The translations under genes were made by a program, and so were the position numbers. The notes under the pieces were generated by a model. It worked only from the letters and a program-made list of their open reading frames with translations. It was not told where the DNA came from and ran no database searches. A DNA stretch of 43,216 nucleotides, taken from the UHGV virus genome UHGV-0353264; one strand, 5' to 3'. Shown here piece after piece: positions 19,163 to 30,494 of this stretch (positions are counted from its first letter, which is position 1; each line of letters opens with the position of its first letter). This DNA is from a virus.

Positions 19163-19735
19163 ATGACTAAGAAGCTGAAAGCAAAACACGAGGTGTTTTG
19201 TCGCGAGTTTCTTGTCGATCTGAATGCTACACAAGCAGCTATTCGCGCAGGCTACGTCTCCAGGCGAGCACATGTTACGGGGGCTGAACTATACGGTAAA
19301 CCTGAGATACGCGCCCGTATTAACGAGCTAAAGCAGGAGCGTATTGATCAACTGGGCATTGATGCGAATTATGTGCTGATGCGACTGGTTGAGATCGACA
19401 GGCTCGATGTGGCTGACATCCTGGAGGACGATTTAAGTATTAAGCCTCTGTCTGCGTGGCCGGAATCGTGGCGTCGGTACCTGAGTGGATTTAACCTCGC
19501 TGAAATGTTTGAGGGGCGAGGAGATGACAGAGAAATGGTCGGGATCCTTAAAAAGATTAAGTGGCCTGATAAGGTTAAAAACCTTGAGTTGCTTGGGCGT
19601 CATGTTTCTGTTCAGGCGTTTAAAGACAACGTCAAAAATGAAGTGACTGGCGCTGATGGAGGACCAGTCAGAACAGAAATTACCAACTTAACGCCGGAGC
19701 AGGCTGCAGAGGCGTATAGAAAAATGATGGGCTAA
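19163..19735 (+). CDS. Terminase small subunit (Terminase_2 family)
   Basis: 190 aa; [25 protein letters not shown] signature. Confidence 0.85.
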   Translation: MTKKLKAKHEVFCREFLVDLNATQAAIRAGYVSRRAHVTGAELYGKPEIRARINELKQERIDQLGIDANYVLMRLVEIDRLDVADILEDDLSIKPLSAWPESWRRYLSGFNLAEMFEGRGDDREMVGILKKIKWPDKVKNLELLGRHVSVQAFKDNVKNEVTGADGGPVRTEITNLTPEQAAEAYRKMMG

Positions 19736-19737
19736 GT

Positions 19738-21360
19738 ATGCCGTTACCATTCCCCTTCGATTTTAAACATCCTGATTACCAGATGGTTTTTGAATGGCGG
19801 ATGGAACGCCTACAGCGCATTCGCCAGAATCCTGAAATATTGCCCGTATTGAAGCAGTTTTACCGAACCAATCCGGCTCAGTTCATCATCGACTGGGGCA
19901 TGACAACGGACCCGCGTAATATTGATTATGGCCTGCCGGTGACCATTCCGTTTTTACTCTTCCCTAAGCAGGAGGAGTGGATCCACTGGATTATGGAACG
20001 CTGGGGCAATCGGGAGAATGGTATTACCGAAAAATCCCGTGAAATGGGGCTCAGTTGGACCGCGATCGGACTGGCCTGCTCGCTTTGTCTCTTCAACAAA
20101 GAAATGGTTATCGGTTTCGGCTCCCGTAAAGAGGAATACGTCGACAGCACTGGTGACCCGAAAGCATTGTTCTGGAAGGCACGCAAGTTCGTGGAAACGC
20201 TACCTGTAGAGTTTCGCGGTTCGTGGAGTGAGAAGAAGCACGCGCCATATATGCGTGTTGAGTTTCCTGAAACTGGTGCCGTTATCAAAGGCGAGGCTGG
20301 CGATAATATTGGTCGTGGTGACCGTACCACGCTTTATCTGGTTGATGAGGCTGCATTCCTTCAGCGTCCTCTGCTGATTGATGCGGCGTTGTCACAAACG
20401 ACGCGTTGCCGTATCGACCTGAGTTCAGTTAACGGCATGGCTAACCCGTTCGCTCAGAAGCGTCATGGCGGGAAGATACCGGTATTCACATTCCACTGGC
20501 GGGATGATCCTCGCAAGGATGAAGAGTGGTATCGCAGGGAATGCGAGAAAATCGATAATCCGGTGGTGGTGGCACAGGAACTTGATCTGAACTACAGCGC
20601 ATCAGCGGAAGGCGTTCTGATTCCATCCGAATGGGTACAGGCTGCCGTTGATGCGCATATCAAACTGGGTATCCAGCCAACAGGCAAACGACTTGGCGCG
20701 ATGGATGTCGCCGACGAAGGCAGGGACAAAAATGCCTTTTCCACCCGTCATGGCTTCCTCATGGAAAATGTGCGGGAATGGTCCGGTGTGGGCAGCGACA
20801 TTTATCAGTCCGTCGAGAAGGTTTTCGGCTTTTGCGAACAGGACAACCTCGAAGAGTTTCGCTTTGACGAGGACGGGCTGGGCGCTGGCGTTCGCGGCGA
20901 TGCACGCGCTATCAACGAACTGCGTAACGCTGCGCGTCGACCGTCAATACTTGCCACACCGTTTCGAGGTAGTGGCGCGGTATTTGATCCGGATGATGAA
21001 GCTGTTCGCGGGGACAACGGGCAAGCCGCACGTCTGAACAAGGACTTCTTCGCTAACGCCAAAGCCCAGAGCTGGTGGCGGTTACGTAAACTTTTTCAGA
21101 ATACCTGGCGCGCCGTGGTTGAAGGTATGGCTTACAACCCGGACGAAATCATCTCAATCAGCAGTAGCATGGCACTCAAAGATAAACTCATCATCGAGCT
21201 TTCGCAGCCGACCTATTCCATTAATGGTGTGGGAAAAATCGTTATTGATAAACAGCCTGATGGAACCCGATCGCCAAACCTTGCCGACTCGGTGATGATC
21301 AACTATGCCCCAATGAATTCAGCCCTGAACATCTGGGAGCTGCTAGGGAGACAGGCCTGA
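19738..21360 (+). CDS. Terminase large subunit
   Basis: 540 aa; ATPase Walker-B-like [10 protein letters not shown]-terminal nuclease acidic residues (MDVADEGRD); directly follows TerS. Confidence 0.8.
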   Translation: MPLPFPFDFKHPDYQMVFEWRMERLQRIRQNPEILPVLKQFYRTNPAQFIIDWGMTTDPRNIDYGLPVTIPFLLFPKQEEWIHWIMERWGNRENGITEKSREMGLSWTAIGLACSLCLFNKEMVIGFGSRKEEYVDSTGDPKALFWKARKFVETLPVEFRGSWSEKKHAPYMRVEFPETGAVIKGEAGDNIGRGDRTTLYLVDEAAFLQRPLLIDAALSQTTRCRIDLSSVNGMANPFAQKRHGGKIPVFTFHWRDDPRKDEEWYRRECEKIDNPVVVAQELDLNYSASAEGVLIPSEWVQAAVDAHIKLGIQPTGKRLGAMDVADEGRDKNAFSTRHGFLMENVREWSGVGSDIYQSVEKVFGFCEQDNLEEFRFDEDGLGAGVRGDARAINELRNAARRPSILATPFRGSGAVFDPDDEAVRGDNGQAARLNKDFFANAKAQSWWRLRKLFQNTWRAVVEGMAYNPDEIISISSSMALKDKLIIELSQPTYSINGVGKIVIDKQPDGTRSPNLADSVMINYAPMNSALNIWELLGRQA

Positions 21361-22829
21361 TGGCACGAAACAAACAAGCCCTGCGGCGAACTGCGCAGGC
21401 CACAGCTGATGGTTATGAGAATTTTATTGCCCGCGTAGGGATGCAGACGCCTAACCAGCACTCAGCATCGACCTACCGGGCTAACTTCACCAGCCGCAAC
21501 CGCATGCTGGTGGAATGGTCCTATCGTTCGTCCTGGATCATCGGCGAAGCGGTCGACGCTATCCCGGACGATATGACCCGGAAAGGCATTCGCATCACTT
21601 CGGAGATTGACGCCAAAGACCGTGGCACCCTGGAAGCGCAACTGGATGAGTTGCAGATCTGGGATGCGCTGAACGACGTGCTGAAATGGTCGCGCCTCTA
21701 CGGCGGCGCGGTCGGCTTCATCATGATCGAGGGGCAGGCACCAATGACCCCGCTGCGGCTCGAAACCATTGGAGAAGGCAAGTTTAAGGGCATTCTCCCG
21801 CTCGACCGCTGGATGATTAACCCGGTCCTGACCCGCCGCATTAAAGAGATGGGGCCGGATCTCGGCAAACCTGAGTTTTACGACGTGGTGACCACTGCCA
21901 CGGGCATTCCAGCCTGGCGCATCCATCACAGCCGCCTGATTCGCTTCGACGGGGTGACGCTGCCATTCCAGCAGAAGATGACCGAAAACGAATGGGGAAT
22001 GTCGGTTGTAGAGCGTATCTGGGATCGGCTTACTGCGTTCGACAGCGCCACTGTCGGCGCGGCGCAGCTGGTCTACAAAGCGCATTTGCGTACCTACAGC
22101 GTGGAGAAGCTACGCGAGCTTATCGCACTTGGTGGTCCTGCGTATGAAGCGTTGCTGAAGAATATCGACCTGATTCGACAGTTCCAGAGCAATGAAGGCA
22201 TGACGCTCATGGACTCGCGGGATAAGTTTGAAACGCATCAGTACAGCTTCAGTGGTCTGGATGACATCCTATCACAGTTTGCAGAACAGATTAGTGGCGC
22301 TGTTGGTATTCCACTGGTGCGGTTGTTCGGACAGTCCCCGAAAGGATTTTCTACCGGTGATGCAGATCTTGCCAACTATTACGACCGGGTGAGCTCATTG
22401 CAGGAGCGCCGCTTACGGCTGCCGATGCGCCGGATACTGGACATTATGCACCGCTCGGAACTCGGTAAGCCACTGCCGGACGATTTCACGTTTGAGTTTA
22501 ACCCGCTATGGCAAATGTCTGACGTTGACCGCTCAACGGTGGCCGTAAACACCACCAACGCGATCAGCACCGCGCTGGGCGACGGATTGATGACGCGTAA
22601 GGCGGCAATGACCGACCTGCGCGAAAACTCTGACGTCACCGGCATCGGGGCATCCATTACCGACGAGGACATAGAGAATGCCGAAGACGAAGCGCCGCCA
22701 GGCATCGGCGAACTTGGCGACAACCCGCCAGAGTCGCCAGGCGGAGATCCGATATCGAACGAGCCTACGGCAGATAGCGCGGGCGGTCGGGGATATCGTA
22801 AATGGGCGCTACGATGGTTCAAACGATAG
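21360..22829 (+). CDS. Portal protein (DUF1073/HI1409-like)
   Basis: 489 aa; position after TerL and before the Mu-F-like head protein; family assignment from memory. Confidence 0.65.
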   Translation: MARNKQALRRTAQATADGYENFIARVGMQTPNQHSASTYRANFTSRNRMLVEWSYRSSWIIGEAVDAIPDDMTRKGIRITSEIDAKDRGTLEAQLDELQIWDALNDVLKWSRLYGGAVGFIMIEGQAPMTPLRLETIGEGKFKGILPLDRWMINPVLTRRIKEMGPDLGKPEFYDVVTTATGIPAWRIHHSRLIRFDGVTLPFQQKMTENEWGMSVVERIWDRLTAFDSATVGAAQLVYKAHLRTYSVEKLRELIALGGPAYEALLKNIDLIRQFQSNEGMTLMDSRDKFETHQYSFSGLDDILSQFAEQISGAVGIPLVRLFGQSPKGFSTGDADLANYYDRVSSLQERRLRLPMRRILDIMHRSELGKPLPDDFTFEFNPLWQMSDVDRSTVAVNTTNAISTALGDGLMTRKAAMTDLRENSDVTGIGASITDEDIENAEDEAPPGIGELGDNPPESPGGDPISNEPTADSAGGRGYRKWALRWFKR

Positions 22830-23451
22830 CGTCACCGAAATCATGGATGCGCTGGAGCGCTACAGCGAAATCATCACCCCCTGGGCGACGAAGGTTGCTG
22901 AGAACTTTACCGCCGACATTGCGCGCCAGAATGAAAAGCAGTGGCGTCAGCACAGCCGGAACATCAGTGCAGAGCTGCGCAACATGGTTGACCGCGCCCC
23001 GGTAGGCCAGGTGATGAAATCCATCGTTGCCGAGCAGATTAAGTACATCAAATCGCTCCCCCTCGAGGCGGCTGACAGGGTGTACGACATCCAGAATCGG
23101 GCGATTGAAGCTGTTGTGACCGGTGGGAGAGCGGAACATTTTGCTAAAGAAATAGCTGCATCGGGTGATATAGCAAAGTCCAGAGCTGACCTGATTGCCC
23201 GTACTGAACTTGGACGTGCAACCGGCGCGCTGGATCAGGCGCGTGCGCTGGCAATTGGTTCGAATGGTTATATCTGGCGTACAGCCGAAGATGGTGATGT
23301 CAGGCATTCTCATCGGGAAATGGAAGGTAAATTTGTCGAATGGGGCAAACCTCCAACGCTTGACGGCATGACAGGTCACGCTGGCGAGTTCCCGAATTGT
23401 CGCTGTTATAAAGAAATTGTTTTTCCCACCTCCCATTCTTACCCCGCCTGA
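22678..23451 (+). CDS. Head morphogenesis protein, Mu F / SPP1 gp7-like
   Basis: C-terminal IWRTAEDGDVRHSHREMEGKFVEWGKPP...FPNCRCY motif. The ORF overlaps the portal gene by 152 nt (start at 22678 has a GAGGA RBS; alternative ATG at 22843 lacks one). Confidence 0.75.
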   Translation: MPKTKRRQASANLATTRQSRQAEIRYRTSLRQIARAVGDIVNGRYDGSNDSVTEIMDALERYSEIITPWATKVAENFTADIARQNEKQWRQHSRNISAELRNMVDRAPVGQVMKSIVAEQIKYIKSLPLEAADRVYDIQNRAIEAVVTGGRAEHFAKEIAASGDIAKSRADLIARTELGRATGALDQARALAIGSNGYIWRTAEDGDVRHSHREMEGKFVEWGKPPTLDGMTGHAGEFPNCRCYKEIVFPTSHSYPA

Positions 23452-23465
23452 ATCGCAGGTAACAC

Positions 23466-24686
23466 ATGAAATATTTTTTCAATACCCGGCTGGGGGAAAC
23501 CCGCTATCAGCTGGCTGACGGCTCGTTGCTGTGCAAAGACGTGCCGATAGGACGAACAGGTAAGCAGCTCTATGGTGCTGATGACCTGCCAAAACTGAAA
23601 CCCGATAAGTTCGGTGAAATAGTCGTCACGCGTTCTCCTGAGCAGGTATTCCATCCGGCCACGCTTGCCTCATTCGAAGGAATGAGTATCACGGTGTTGC
23701 ATCCCGAGGATGAAAACGGGGATGTGCGGCTGGTGAATCCAGAGAACTGGAAAGAGCTCGCGGTCGGGCATCTTCAGAATGTCCGGCGCGGGACGGGTGT
23801 GCAGTCTGATTTGATGCTGGCTGACCTTATCGTCAAAGACGAAAACGCCATTCAGCTGATCGAAGATGGCCTGCGCGAAGTGTCGTGTGGCTATGACGCG
23901 GAATATAAGCAGACTGAGCTGGGTAAGGCTGAGCAGGTTGATATTACCGGAAACCATGTGGCTCTTGTCCCTAAAGGCAGAGCCGGAAATCGTTGTGCAA
24001 TTGGAGACAGAGACACAATGGCAAATCAAAAGAAAAGCTGGTGGACCCGCATGCGCACGGCCATCAAAACGGGTGACGCTGACACCATGAACGAACTGGT
24101 GGAGTCGGCTCCCGCATCGGTTACAGGAGATGAGGGGGATTTGCCGCAGGGCGTTAATCTCAACATCAACCTGTCCCCGCAGCAACCGCTACCGGACAAA
24201 GCACCAGAGATGGGCGGAGGTCCAACGGGCGACAGTGATGATGACCTCAAAACATTACTGAAAGCCCTGATGGCTAAGCTGGAAGGAAATGCGACGGGCG
24301 ATAACGACAATAAGTCTGACGATAATCCGACCGGTGACGGCGAGGACGATGAAGAGGAAACCACGATTACTGGTGACTCAGCCTGGCGTGCCGAAGTTAT
24401 CGTTCCGGGTATCGATCTGAGCCGTAAGATGAAACCGACCGCGTTCAAACGTGAGGTTCTGGCTTCTGCTGACAAAACGCTGGTTCGCCAGATCGTCGGT
24501 GATGCGGATATCCGCAAATTGCCGAAACAATCGGTCGACATGGCGTTTAATGCCGTGTCTGAGATTGCCAAAGGGCGAAACACCCGCGCCACCACCGGCG
24601 ATGCACAGCGCCCAAACATGGGCATGACCAGTATCGCTTCCCTGAACAAACAAAACGCTGAATTCTGGGCAAACCGTAAAGGGTAA
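23466..24686 (+). CDS. Putative scaffolding / prohead-associated protein
   Basis: 406 aa with long acidic low-complexity linker (GDSDDD...DGEDDEEE); position between head morphogenesis and capsid genes. Confidence 0.45.
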   Translation: MKYFFNTRLGETRYQLADGSLLCKDVPIGRTGKQLYGADDLPKLKPDKFGEIVVTRSPEQVFHPATLASFEGMSITVLHPEDENGDVRLVNPENWKELAVGHLQNVRRGTGVQSDLMLADLIVKDENAIQLIEDGLREVSCGYDAEYKQTELGKAEQVDITGNHVALVPKGRAGNRCAIGDRDTMANQKKSWWTRMRTAIKTGDADTMNELVESAPASVTGDEGDLPQGVNLNINLSPQQPLPDKAPEMGGGPTGDSDDDLKTLLKALMAKLEGNATGDNDNKSDDNPTGDGEDDEEETTITGDSAWRAEVIVPGIDLSRKMKPTAFKREVLASADKTLVRQIVGDADIRKLPKQSVDMAFNAVSEIAKGRNTRATTGDAQRPNMGMTSIASLNKQNAEFWANRKG

Positions 24687-24689
24687 AAA

Positions 24690-25196
24690 ATGAATAATGT
24701 ATTTCTGTACCGGATGCCTGTTGGCATTGCCGGGGCTGTCTCTCGCCCGCAGGACTTAACCGTCGAACCGGTGGTCCTTAAATCCGATAACGCCTTTGCT
24801 GCCTATGGCCTGGCTGGTAAATACGATGATGACGGTTTTTTCGTGCCGCTGACAGATGGTGATACCGCAGACAAGGTGAAGGGGATCTACGTGCGCCCTT
24901 ATCCGACCACGTCGCAGCCGGACATGGTTCGCCAGGTGGGGAGTGGCAAGAACTTCCCGGGCGACGCCATGAAGCGTGGCTACGTGACCGTTAACCTCGG
25001 TTCTGATTTTGATGCCAGCACCATCAAAAAAGGCGACCCGGTATACGTTGTCGTCTCCACTGATGAATCTATCAAAGTGCCGCTGGGTGGATTCATGTCC
25101 ACGTCAGTCAGTGGCAAAAACGTGGTGCTGACCAACGCTGAATTCACAGGTGCCGGTGATGCTGACGGCAATGCAGAAATTTCCTGGAAGATTTAA
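24690..25196 (+). CDS. Putative capsid-associated protein (decoration/scaffold-like)
   Basis: 168 aa ORF immediately upstream of the major capsid gene. Confidence 0.4.
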   Translation: MNNVFLYRMPVGIAGAVSRPQDLTVEPVVLKSDNAFAAYGLAGKYDDDGFFVPLTDGDTADKVKGIYVRPYPTTSQPDMVRQVGSGKNFPGDAMKRGYVTVNLGSDFDASTIKKGDPVYVVVSTDESIKVPLGGFMSTSVSGKNVVLTNAEFTGAGDADGNAEISWKI

Positions 25197-25207
25197 GGAA
25201 CAGACGA

Positions 25208-26149
25208 ATGATTACTTTTGATCAGGCAACCGTTGACAGCTCTGGTGCCTTTCTCATCGGGGAGCTGGAGCGACTCGACCAGACGCTGAACCTGCCACTG
25301 GTGGGGTACACCTGGACCCGCGATATTCAGTTGCGTGAAGATGTCTCTATCGCAGATGACATTTCCAGCTGGACGAATACCAGCTTCGCCGCTGCGGGTA
25401 CTGGTGCAAATCCGAATGGCAAAAACTGGGTAGGCAAAGACTCAACCGCTATTGCTGGCGTAAACGTGGATATCGGCAAATCCGGTAACCCGCTGAACCT
25501 GTGGGGGATGGAACTTGGCTGGACGGTCATAGAATTGCAGGCTGCTCAGCAGGTCGGACGCCCGATCGATACGCAGAAGTATGACGGGATGCAACTGAAA
25601 TGGCAGATGGATAACGATGAACAGGTGTATGTTGGCGATTCCGCATTAAACCTGAAAGGTCTTGTTACCCTGGACGGTGTGCCTGTCAACAACGCTGCCA
25701 AAACGTGGGCAACCTCAACACCGGACGAAATCCGCGCAAGCATTAACCAGGTGCTGTCTGATGCGTGGGCCGCTTCCGGTTACTCTGTGGTTCCGCGTGA
25801 TTTGCTGATCCCGCCTGAGCAGTTTGCTCTGTTGTCCAGCATCATCGTTTCATCTGCGGGTAACCAGTCCCTGTTGACGTATCTTCAGACCAACACCATC
25901 AGCTATCACCAGAACGGTGTTCCGCTGAATATCCGCGCGGTTAAATGGCTGAAAGGCCGTGGTGTGGGGAAAAAGGATCGCATGGTTGCGTACACCAACG
26001 ATAAAAAATACGTCCGCTACCCGCTGGTTCCGCTTCAGAGCGTGCCGGTGCAGTATCGCGGTCTGTATCAGATCGTCACTTACTACGGCAAGCTGGGTGC
26101 AGTCGAGCCAGTGTACAAAGAAACCATTTCGTACGTTGATGGCATTTAA
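25208..26149 (+). CDS. Major capsid protein (DUF2184-like)
   Basis: 313 aa; position and size; family assignment from memory. Confidence 0.65.
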   Translation: MITFDQATVDSSGAFLIGELERLDQTLNLPLVGYTWTRDIQLREDVSIADDISSWTNTSFAAAGTGANPNGKNWVGKDSTAIAGVNVDIGKSGNPLNLWGMELGWTVIELQAAQQVGRPIDTQKYDGMQLKWQMDNDEQVYVGDSALNLKGLVTLDGVPVNNAAKTWATSTPDEIRASINQVLSDAWAASGYSVVPRDLLIPPEQFALLSSIIVSSAGNQSLLTYLQTNTISYHQNGVPLNIRAVKWLKGRGVGKKDRMVAYTNDKKYVRYPLVPLQSVPVQYRGLYQIVTYYGKLGAVEPVYKETISYVDGI

Positions 26150-26190
26150 CAGCCATATGGCCCCCTGGCGGGGCCATTAAGGATGACCCG

Positions 26191-26412
26191 ATGGCAAAAA
26201 ATAATGCAGTAATACACGTACATACCCCGTTTGTGCTCACGCTTCCCGACGGTTCACGGCGCGAGTTTGTTAAAGGCCGTCATGCTGTGGAGGAAGACGT
26301 TGCCACGCACTGGTTCACTCGTGCGCACGCGGAAGTATCCGTTGGCAAAGCCACAGACGCGCGTAACGAGGTAAAAAATGCCAAAGAATCAAAGTCTGCC
26401 AGCGGTAAGTGA
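26191..26412 (+). CDS. Small hypothetical virion gene
   Basis: 73 aa ORF in operon orientation; overlaps the next ORF by 35 nt. Confidence 0.35.
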   Translation: MAKNNAVIHVHTPFVLTLPDGSRREFVKGRHAVEEDVATHWFTRAHAEVSVGKATDARNEVKNAKESKSASGK

Positions 26413-26785
26413 TTTTCGCCGCGACTTCCCGCAGTTTGCTGACCCTGCCAAATATCCCGAAGCGCAAATCCAGTTTCGTCTGAATCTGGCCGATGAACTG
26501 CTGAGCGAAAACGTCACCGGCAAAAAGTTGTTTCCGTACTTTGCCGGGTTGTTCGTTGCGCACTACATGACGCTCTGGGCGGCAGATAGCCGGGCGATGC
26601 TGGCTGGTGGTTCGGGCGGTTCAACCAATGGTGTTCAGTCCTCAAAGTCCGTGGATAAGGTAAGCGTCAGTTATGACACCAGCGTGACGCTGAATCCTGA
26701 TGCAGGTTTCTGGAATAACACCCGATATGGCGCTGAATTTTATCAGTTGATCACGATGTTCGGTGCAGGCGGTCGCCAGCTATGA
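26378..26785 (+). CDS. Head-tail connector / head completion protein (DUF4054-like)
   Basis: 135 aa; [25 protein letters not shown] resembles DUF4054 N-terminus as recalled. Confidence 0.5.
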   Translation: MPKNQSLPAVSDFRRDFPQFADPAKYPEAQIQFRLNLADELLSENVTGKKLFPYFAGLFVAHYMTLWAADSRAMLAGGSGGSTNGVQSSKSVDKVSVSYDTSVTLNPDAGFWNNTRYGAEFYQLITMFGAGGRQL

Positions 26786-27336
26786 GTTTCAAAAGCGGTG
26801 TAACAACGAGGGTGGATAACGCTAAGGCCATTCTGGATGCGCTCAGGTCGTTAACCAAAAAAGATGTGCTGGTCGGCATCCCTTCGGAAGACAGCGAGCG
26901 GGATGATGTTCCGTTTGGTAATGCGGGCATCGGTTACCTCAACGAATACGGCTCACCAGAGCAGAACATCCCGCCACGACCTCACCTGGTCCCCGGCGTT
27001 AAATCGGCAGAAGAGCAGACGGTGCCGCAGCTCAAAGCCGCGGCGCAGGCTGCACTGGATGGTAATGCTGCGGGAGCAGAAAGCGCACTCAACCGTGCCG
27101 GAACGCTGGCCGTTAATGGCGTCAGGCGTTACATGACCATTACCGGCTTTACGCCACTTGCTGACAGTACTGTTGAAGCCCGGGCTCGTCGGGGGCGCAA
27201 GGGAGCAACACTGGAACTTGCCCGGCGTGCTGCTGGCGAATCTCCCGGAACCGATCTGGCGAAACCATTAATTGACACCGGGCAATATCGCAGAGCTATT
27301 ACCCATGTAGTGAGGGATAAAGATGCCGACTCTTGA
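26782..27336 (+). CDS. Virion structural protein (neck/adaptor candidate)
   Basis: 184 aa; 4-nt start-stop overlap with the upstream gene. Confidence 0.45.
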   Translation: MSFKSGVTTRVDNAKAILDALRSLTKKDVLVGIPSEDSERDDVPFGNAGIGYLNEYGSPEQNIPPRPHLVPGVKSAEEQTVPQLKAAAQAALDGNAAGAESALNRAGTLAVNGVRRYMTITGFTPLADSTVEARARRGRKGATLELARRAAGESPGTDLAKPLIDTGQYRRAITHVVRDKDADS

Positions 27337-27712
27337 TGTAACAGATGTGCTTTTTGACCCCGATTTTTGCGACTTCAATTTGTGGGTAACACGCCGAGTG
27401 CAAACGGTGGATGAGGACGGGATCGGCAGCGACAGTGAAGTTAAAAAGCAGTTTGCCGGAGTCGTAACTGTTGATCGCTCTCTGGAAAACCGCCGTATGC
27501 AGGCAGGGCAGGTAATCAGCGGTGCAATTCTGATTGTGACGACTGAGCGACTGACGCAGGGACAGACTGGCCGTGATGCCGATATCGTGACGTATCAGGG
27601 CCGTGATTATCGTGTGACCTTCGTCGACCCGTATACAGCTTATGGGGCCGGATTCGTTCAGGCGCATTGTGAGTTGATGCCGTTTGATGGGGGAACTCCG
27701 GTTGAGCAATAA
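27323..27712 (+). CDS. Virion structural protein (neck/tail completion candidate)
   Basis: 129 aa ORF in the structural operon. Confidence 0.45.
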   Translation: MPTLDVTDVLFDPDFCDFNLWVTRRVQTVDEDGIGSDSEVKKQFAGVVTVDRSLENRRMQAGQVISGAILIVTTERLTQGQTGRDADIVTYQGRDYRVTFVDPYTAYGAGFVQAHCELMPFDGGTPVEQ

Positions 27713-28250
27713 CACCAGTACAGAGCGCGGATGGTTAATACCAACCAGTGGCGATCCGGATTATGACGAAGCGCTCGACAGGCTGTTAAGCCAGTGGATG
27801 CGTAACGTTTCCGGTCTGTCTGCCGGGATGGTTCGCCCGCGCTGGCAGAAAGAGCAGCCGCCACTGCTACCGGCTGAAACGAACTGGTGTGCGTTTGGGG
27901 TTATCGGATGGTCAGGTGATGACAGTCCGGCATTCACCAGACAGACCGATGATGGCTCTCAGCTCTGGCGGCATGAAACGATTGAGTGTATGGCTTCGTT
28001 TTATGGACCGGCGGGGATGGTGTATGCGTCCCGGTTTCGTGACGGTATATCTGTGCCGCAGAACAATGCAGCACTGAATGCGCTGGGGCTGTCTCTTGGC
28101 GATTACACAGGTCTGACTCCCTTCCCTGAACTTATTAATCAGCAATGGGTCCGCCGCTACGATATGACGGTGCGCCTGCGCCGGAAGGTTGTGCGCGAGT
28201 ACGGTATTAAATCGCTGGTGGAAGCACCAGTCATCTTTTTCGGAGATTAA
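27684..28250 (+). CDS. Virion structural protein (tail terminator candidate)
   Basis: 188 aa ORF directly upstream of the sheath-like gene. Confidence 0.45.
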   Translation: MMGELRLSNNTSTERGWLIPTSGDPDYDEALDRLLSQWMRNVSGLSAGMVRPRWQKEQPPLLPAETNWCAFGVIGWSGDDSPAFTRQTDDGSQLWRHETIECMASFYGPAGMVYASRFRDGISVPQNNAALNALGLSLGDYTGLTPFPELINQQWVRRYDMTVRLRRKVVREYGIKSLVEAPVIFFGD

Positions 28251-28253
28251 GCT

Positions 28254-29399
28254 ATGGCACAGGGCTTGCCTGTATCAAACGTTGTTAATGTTGATGTGAT
28301 CATGTCGCCGCGTGCAGCATCAGGGCGAAATTTTGGTGCATTACTCATTCTCGGCCCGTCCACAATCATTCCGGTAAGTGAGCGCATTCGTCGTTATTCT
28401 GCCGCGGAAGATATTGGAAAAGATTTTGGCGTGGAATCACCAGAATATAAAGCTGCGCAGGTGTTTTTCTCACAATCACCGAAACCTCAGGAGGTTTTTG
28501 TTGGTCGTTGGGTGAAAACGAAGGGAGACAGCGAACAGGCCACGCCTGAGACGCTGGAGCAGGCTGTGAATGCCATGCTTGATTATACTTCATGGTATGG
28601 GCTGGGGATTGCAGACGATGCAGATATTCCGGATGCAGACTGGCTGAAAGTGGCTGCGGCGATCGAATCCTCTTCTGTAAGCCGTATTCTGGCGATTACG
28701 ACAAGCGATGAGAAATGCCTGCAGACTGCATCCAGAGATGATTTGGCATCAGAACTGAAAACCGCCGGATATTCACGCAGTTTTATTCAGTATTCATCGG
28801 GTAATAAATACGCTGCGTTATCTGCATTTGGCCGGGCATTCACGGTTAATTTCAATGGCAGTAATACCGCGATTACGCTCAAGTTTAAGCAGGAGCCGGG
28901 TGTCGGGTATGAAACACTGACAGTCAGCCAGGCATCGGCACTTGATGCAAAAAACTGCAATGTGTTCGTGTACTACCAGAATGATACAGCTATCCTCCAG
29001 CAGGGAGTGATGGCTAACGGCGATTTCTTTGATGAACGCCACGGCCTGGACTGGTTACAGAATTATGTGCAGACCAACCTCTATAACCTGCTTTATACCA
29101 GTACCACGAAGGTTCCCCAGACTGAAGCCGGTATTACCCGACTGTTATCAAATGTTGAAAAATCACTGGATCAGGCCGTTCAGAATGGACTGATTGCTCC
29201 GGGCGTATGGAACGGTGGCGACCTTGGCCAGTTGTCATCAGGTGACACGCTGCCCAAAGGTTATTACGTATACGCCCAGCCGCTGGATGAACAGGCACAA
29301 TCAGAACGTGAAGCCCGTAAGGCTCCGGTGATTCAGGCTGCAATAAAACTTGCAGGCGCGGTTCATTACGCTGACGTACAGATTAACGTTGTTCGCTAA
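28254..29399 (+). CDS. Putative tail sheath / major tail protein (DUF3383-like)
   Basis: 381 aa, followed by a tube-sized gene and a frameshift chaperone; baseplate V/W/J/I-like genes downstream indicate a contractile tail. Confidence 0.55.
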   Translation: MAQGLPVSNVVNVDVIMSPRAASGRNFGALLILGPSTIIPVSERIRRYSAAEDIGKDFGVESPEYKAAQVFFSQSPKPQEVFVGRWVKTKGDSEQATPETLEQAVNAMLDYTSWYGLGIADDADIPDADWLKVAAAIESSSVSRILAITTSDEKCLQTASRDDLASELKTAGYSRSFIQYSSGNKYAALSAFGRAFTVNFNGSNTAITLKFKQEPGVGYETLTVSQASALDAKNCNVFVYYQNDTAILQQGVMANGDFFDERHGLDWLQNYVQTNLYNLLYTSTTKVPQTEAGITRLLSNVEKSLDQAVQNGLIAPGVWNGGDLGQLSSGDTLPKGYYVYAQPLDEQAQSEREARKAPVIQAAIKLAGAVHYADVQINVVR

Positions 29400-29409
29400 G
29401 GGGAAGTGA

Positions 29410-29850
29410 ATGTCTACCTATTCTTTTATGGATGTCACTGCGACGCTGACCGGGCCGACCGGTTCGATTGACCTCGGGTACGGTTCGGCAAGTTCTGAAG
29501 AGGGGATTGTGGTTGCGATGGGCGGTCCTAAAAACACCATGACCATCGGTGCTGATGGCGAAGTGATGCACAGTCTCCATGCAGATAAAAGCGGGACGAT
29601 TACCGTTAACCTTCTGAAGACATCACCGACAAATAAAAAATTGTCGCTGGCGTATAACGCACAGAGCCAGTCTTCTGCCACATGGGGGAATAACGTTATC
29701 GTGATCCGCAACAAGGTCAGCGGCGACATCATCACGGCACGCAGTGTTGCGTTCCAGAAACAACCGGATAACGCCAACGCTAAAACCGGTAATACGATGC
29801 CGTGGGTGTTTGACTGCGGCAAGATTGACCAGGTTCTCGGGGAGTTTTAA
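29410..29850 (+). CDS. Putative tail tube protein
   Basis: 146 aa, immediately after the sheath-like gene. Confidence 0.5.
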   Translation: MSTYSFMDVTATLTGPTGSIDLGYGSASSEEGIVVAMGGPKNTMTIGADGEVMHSLHADKSGTITVNLLKTSPTNKKLSLAYNAQSQSSATWGNNVIVIRNKVSGDIITARSVAFQKQPDNANAKTGNTMPWVFDCGKIDQVLGEF

Positions 29851-29853
29851 TAC

Positions 29854-30306
29854 ATGGAATTCGAAATCAAAGGCGTGAAATATCGCGTGGCAAAACTCAG
29901 CGTTTTTGACCAGCTGAAAGTGACCCGCAAACTTCTGCCGGTACTGGCGGGAATGATGTCAGATTTCGGGAGCATTCGCTCCCGTTTGCCTGCTGACGGC
30001 AAAATCGACACCGTGAAATTCGAGCAGTTAAAACCGGTGTTTGAAACCATGCTCCCGCGTATCGCTGAGGAACTGTCTTCCCTGACCGAAGATGACACCG
30101 ATGCGATTATTCATCCCTGTCTTGCGGTGGTGTCGCGGCGTCATATGGATGGATGGGTGCCGGTATTAACCCAGGGCGAACTGATGTTTGATGATATTGA
30201 CTTGCTGGTCATGCTTCATCTGGTGGCGCGGGTGGTCGCCGATTCGCTGGGAAATTTTTTGCCTACACCCCTTACCAGCACGACACAGAGCCTGCAACAG
30301 GGCTGA
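29854..30306 (+). CDS. Tail assembly chaperone (short form)
   Basis: 150 aa directly upstream of the tape measure gene; contains a slippery heptamer near its 3' end. Confidence 0.5.
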   Translation: MEFEIKGVKYRVAKLSVFDQLKVTRKLLPVLAGMMSDFGSIRSRLPADGKIDTVKFEQLKPVFETMLPRIAEELSSLTEDDTDAIIHPCLAVVSRRHMDGWVPVLTQGELMFDDIDLLVMLHLVARVVADSLGNFLPTPLTSTTQSLQQG

Positions 30307-30494
30307 CGTTTAACAGCCTGCCGGACGGGCTGTCCTACCTTCTCAATCCGGTTGACGCCGGGTTAATTCCCTATACAGCACTTAAAGATGGCTCTGTCGA
30401 TTTGTATGACATTGCTCTCTTGAATGACCATCTGGCGGTAAAAGCGGATAACCAGCGGCGCATTGAGAAATGGAGAGAGGATAATGAACGCTGA
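30255..30494 (+). other. Programmed -1 frameshift site and extension ORF of the tail assembly chaperone
   Basis: Slippery heptamer T_TTT_TTG at 30255-30261 in the chaperone frame; the -1 frame is open from there to TGA 30492-30494 (...TFNSLPDGLSYLLNPVDAGLIPYTALKDGSVDLYDIALLNDHLAVKADNQRRIEKWREDNER), overlapping the tape measure start. Confidence 0.55.
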
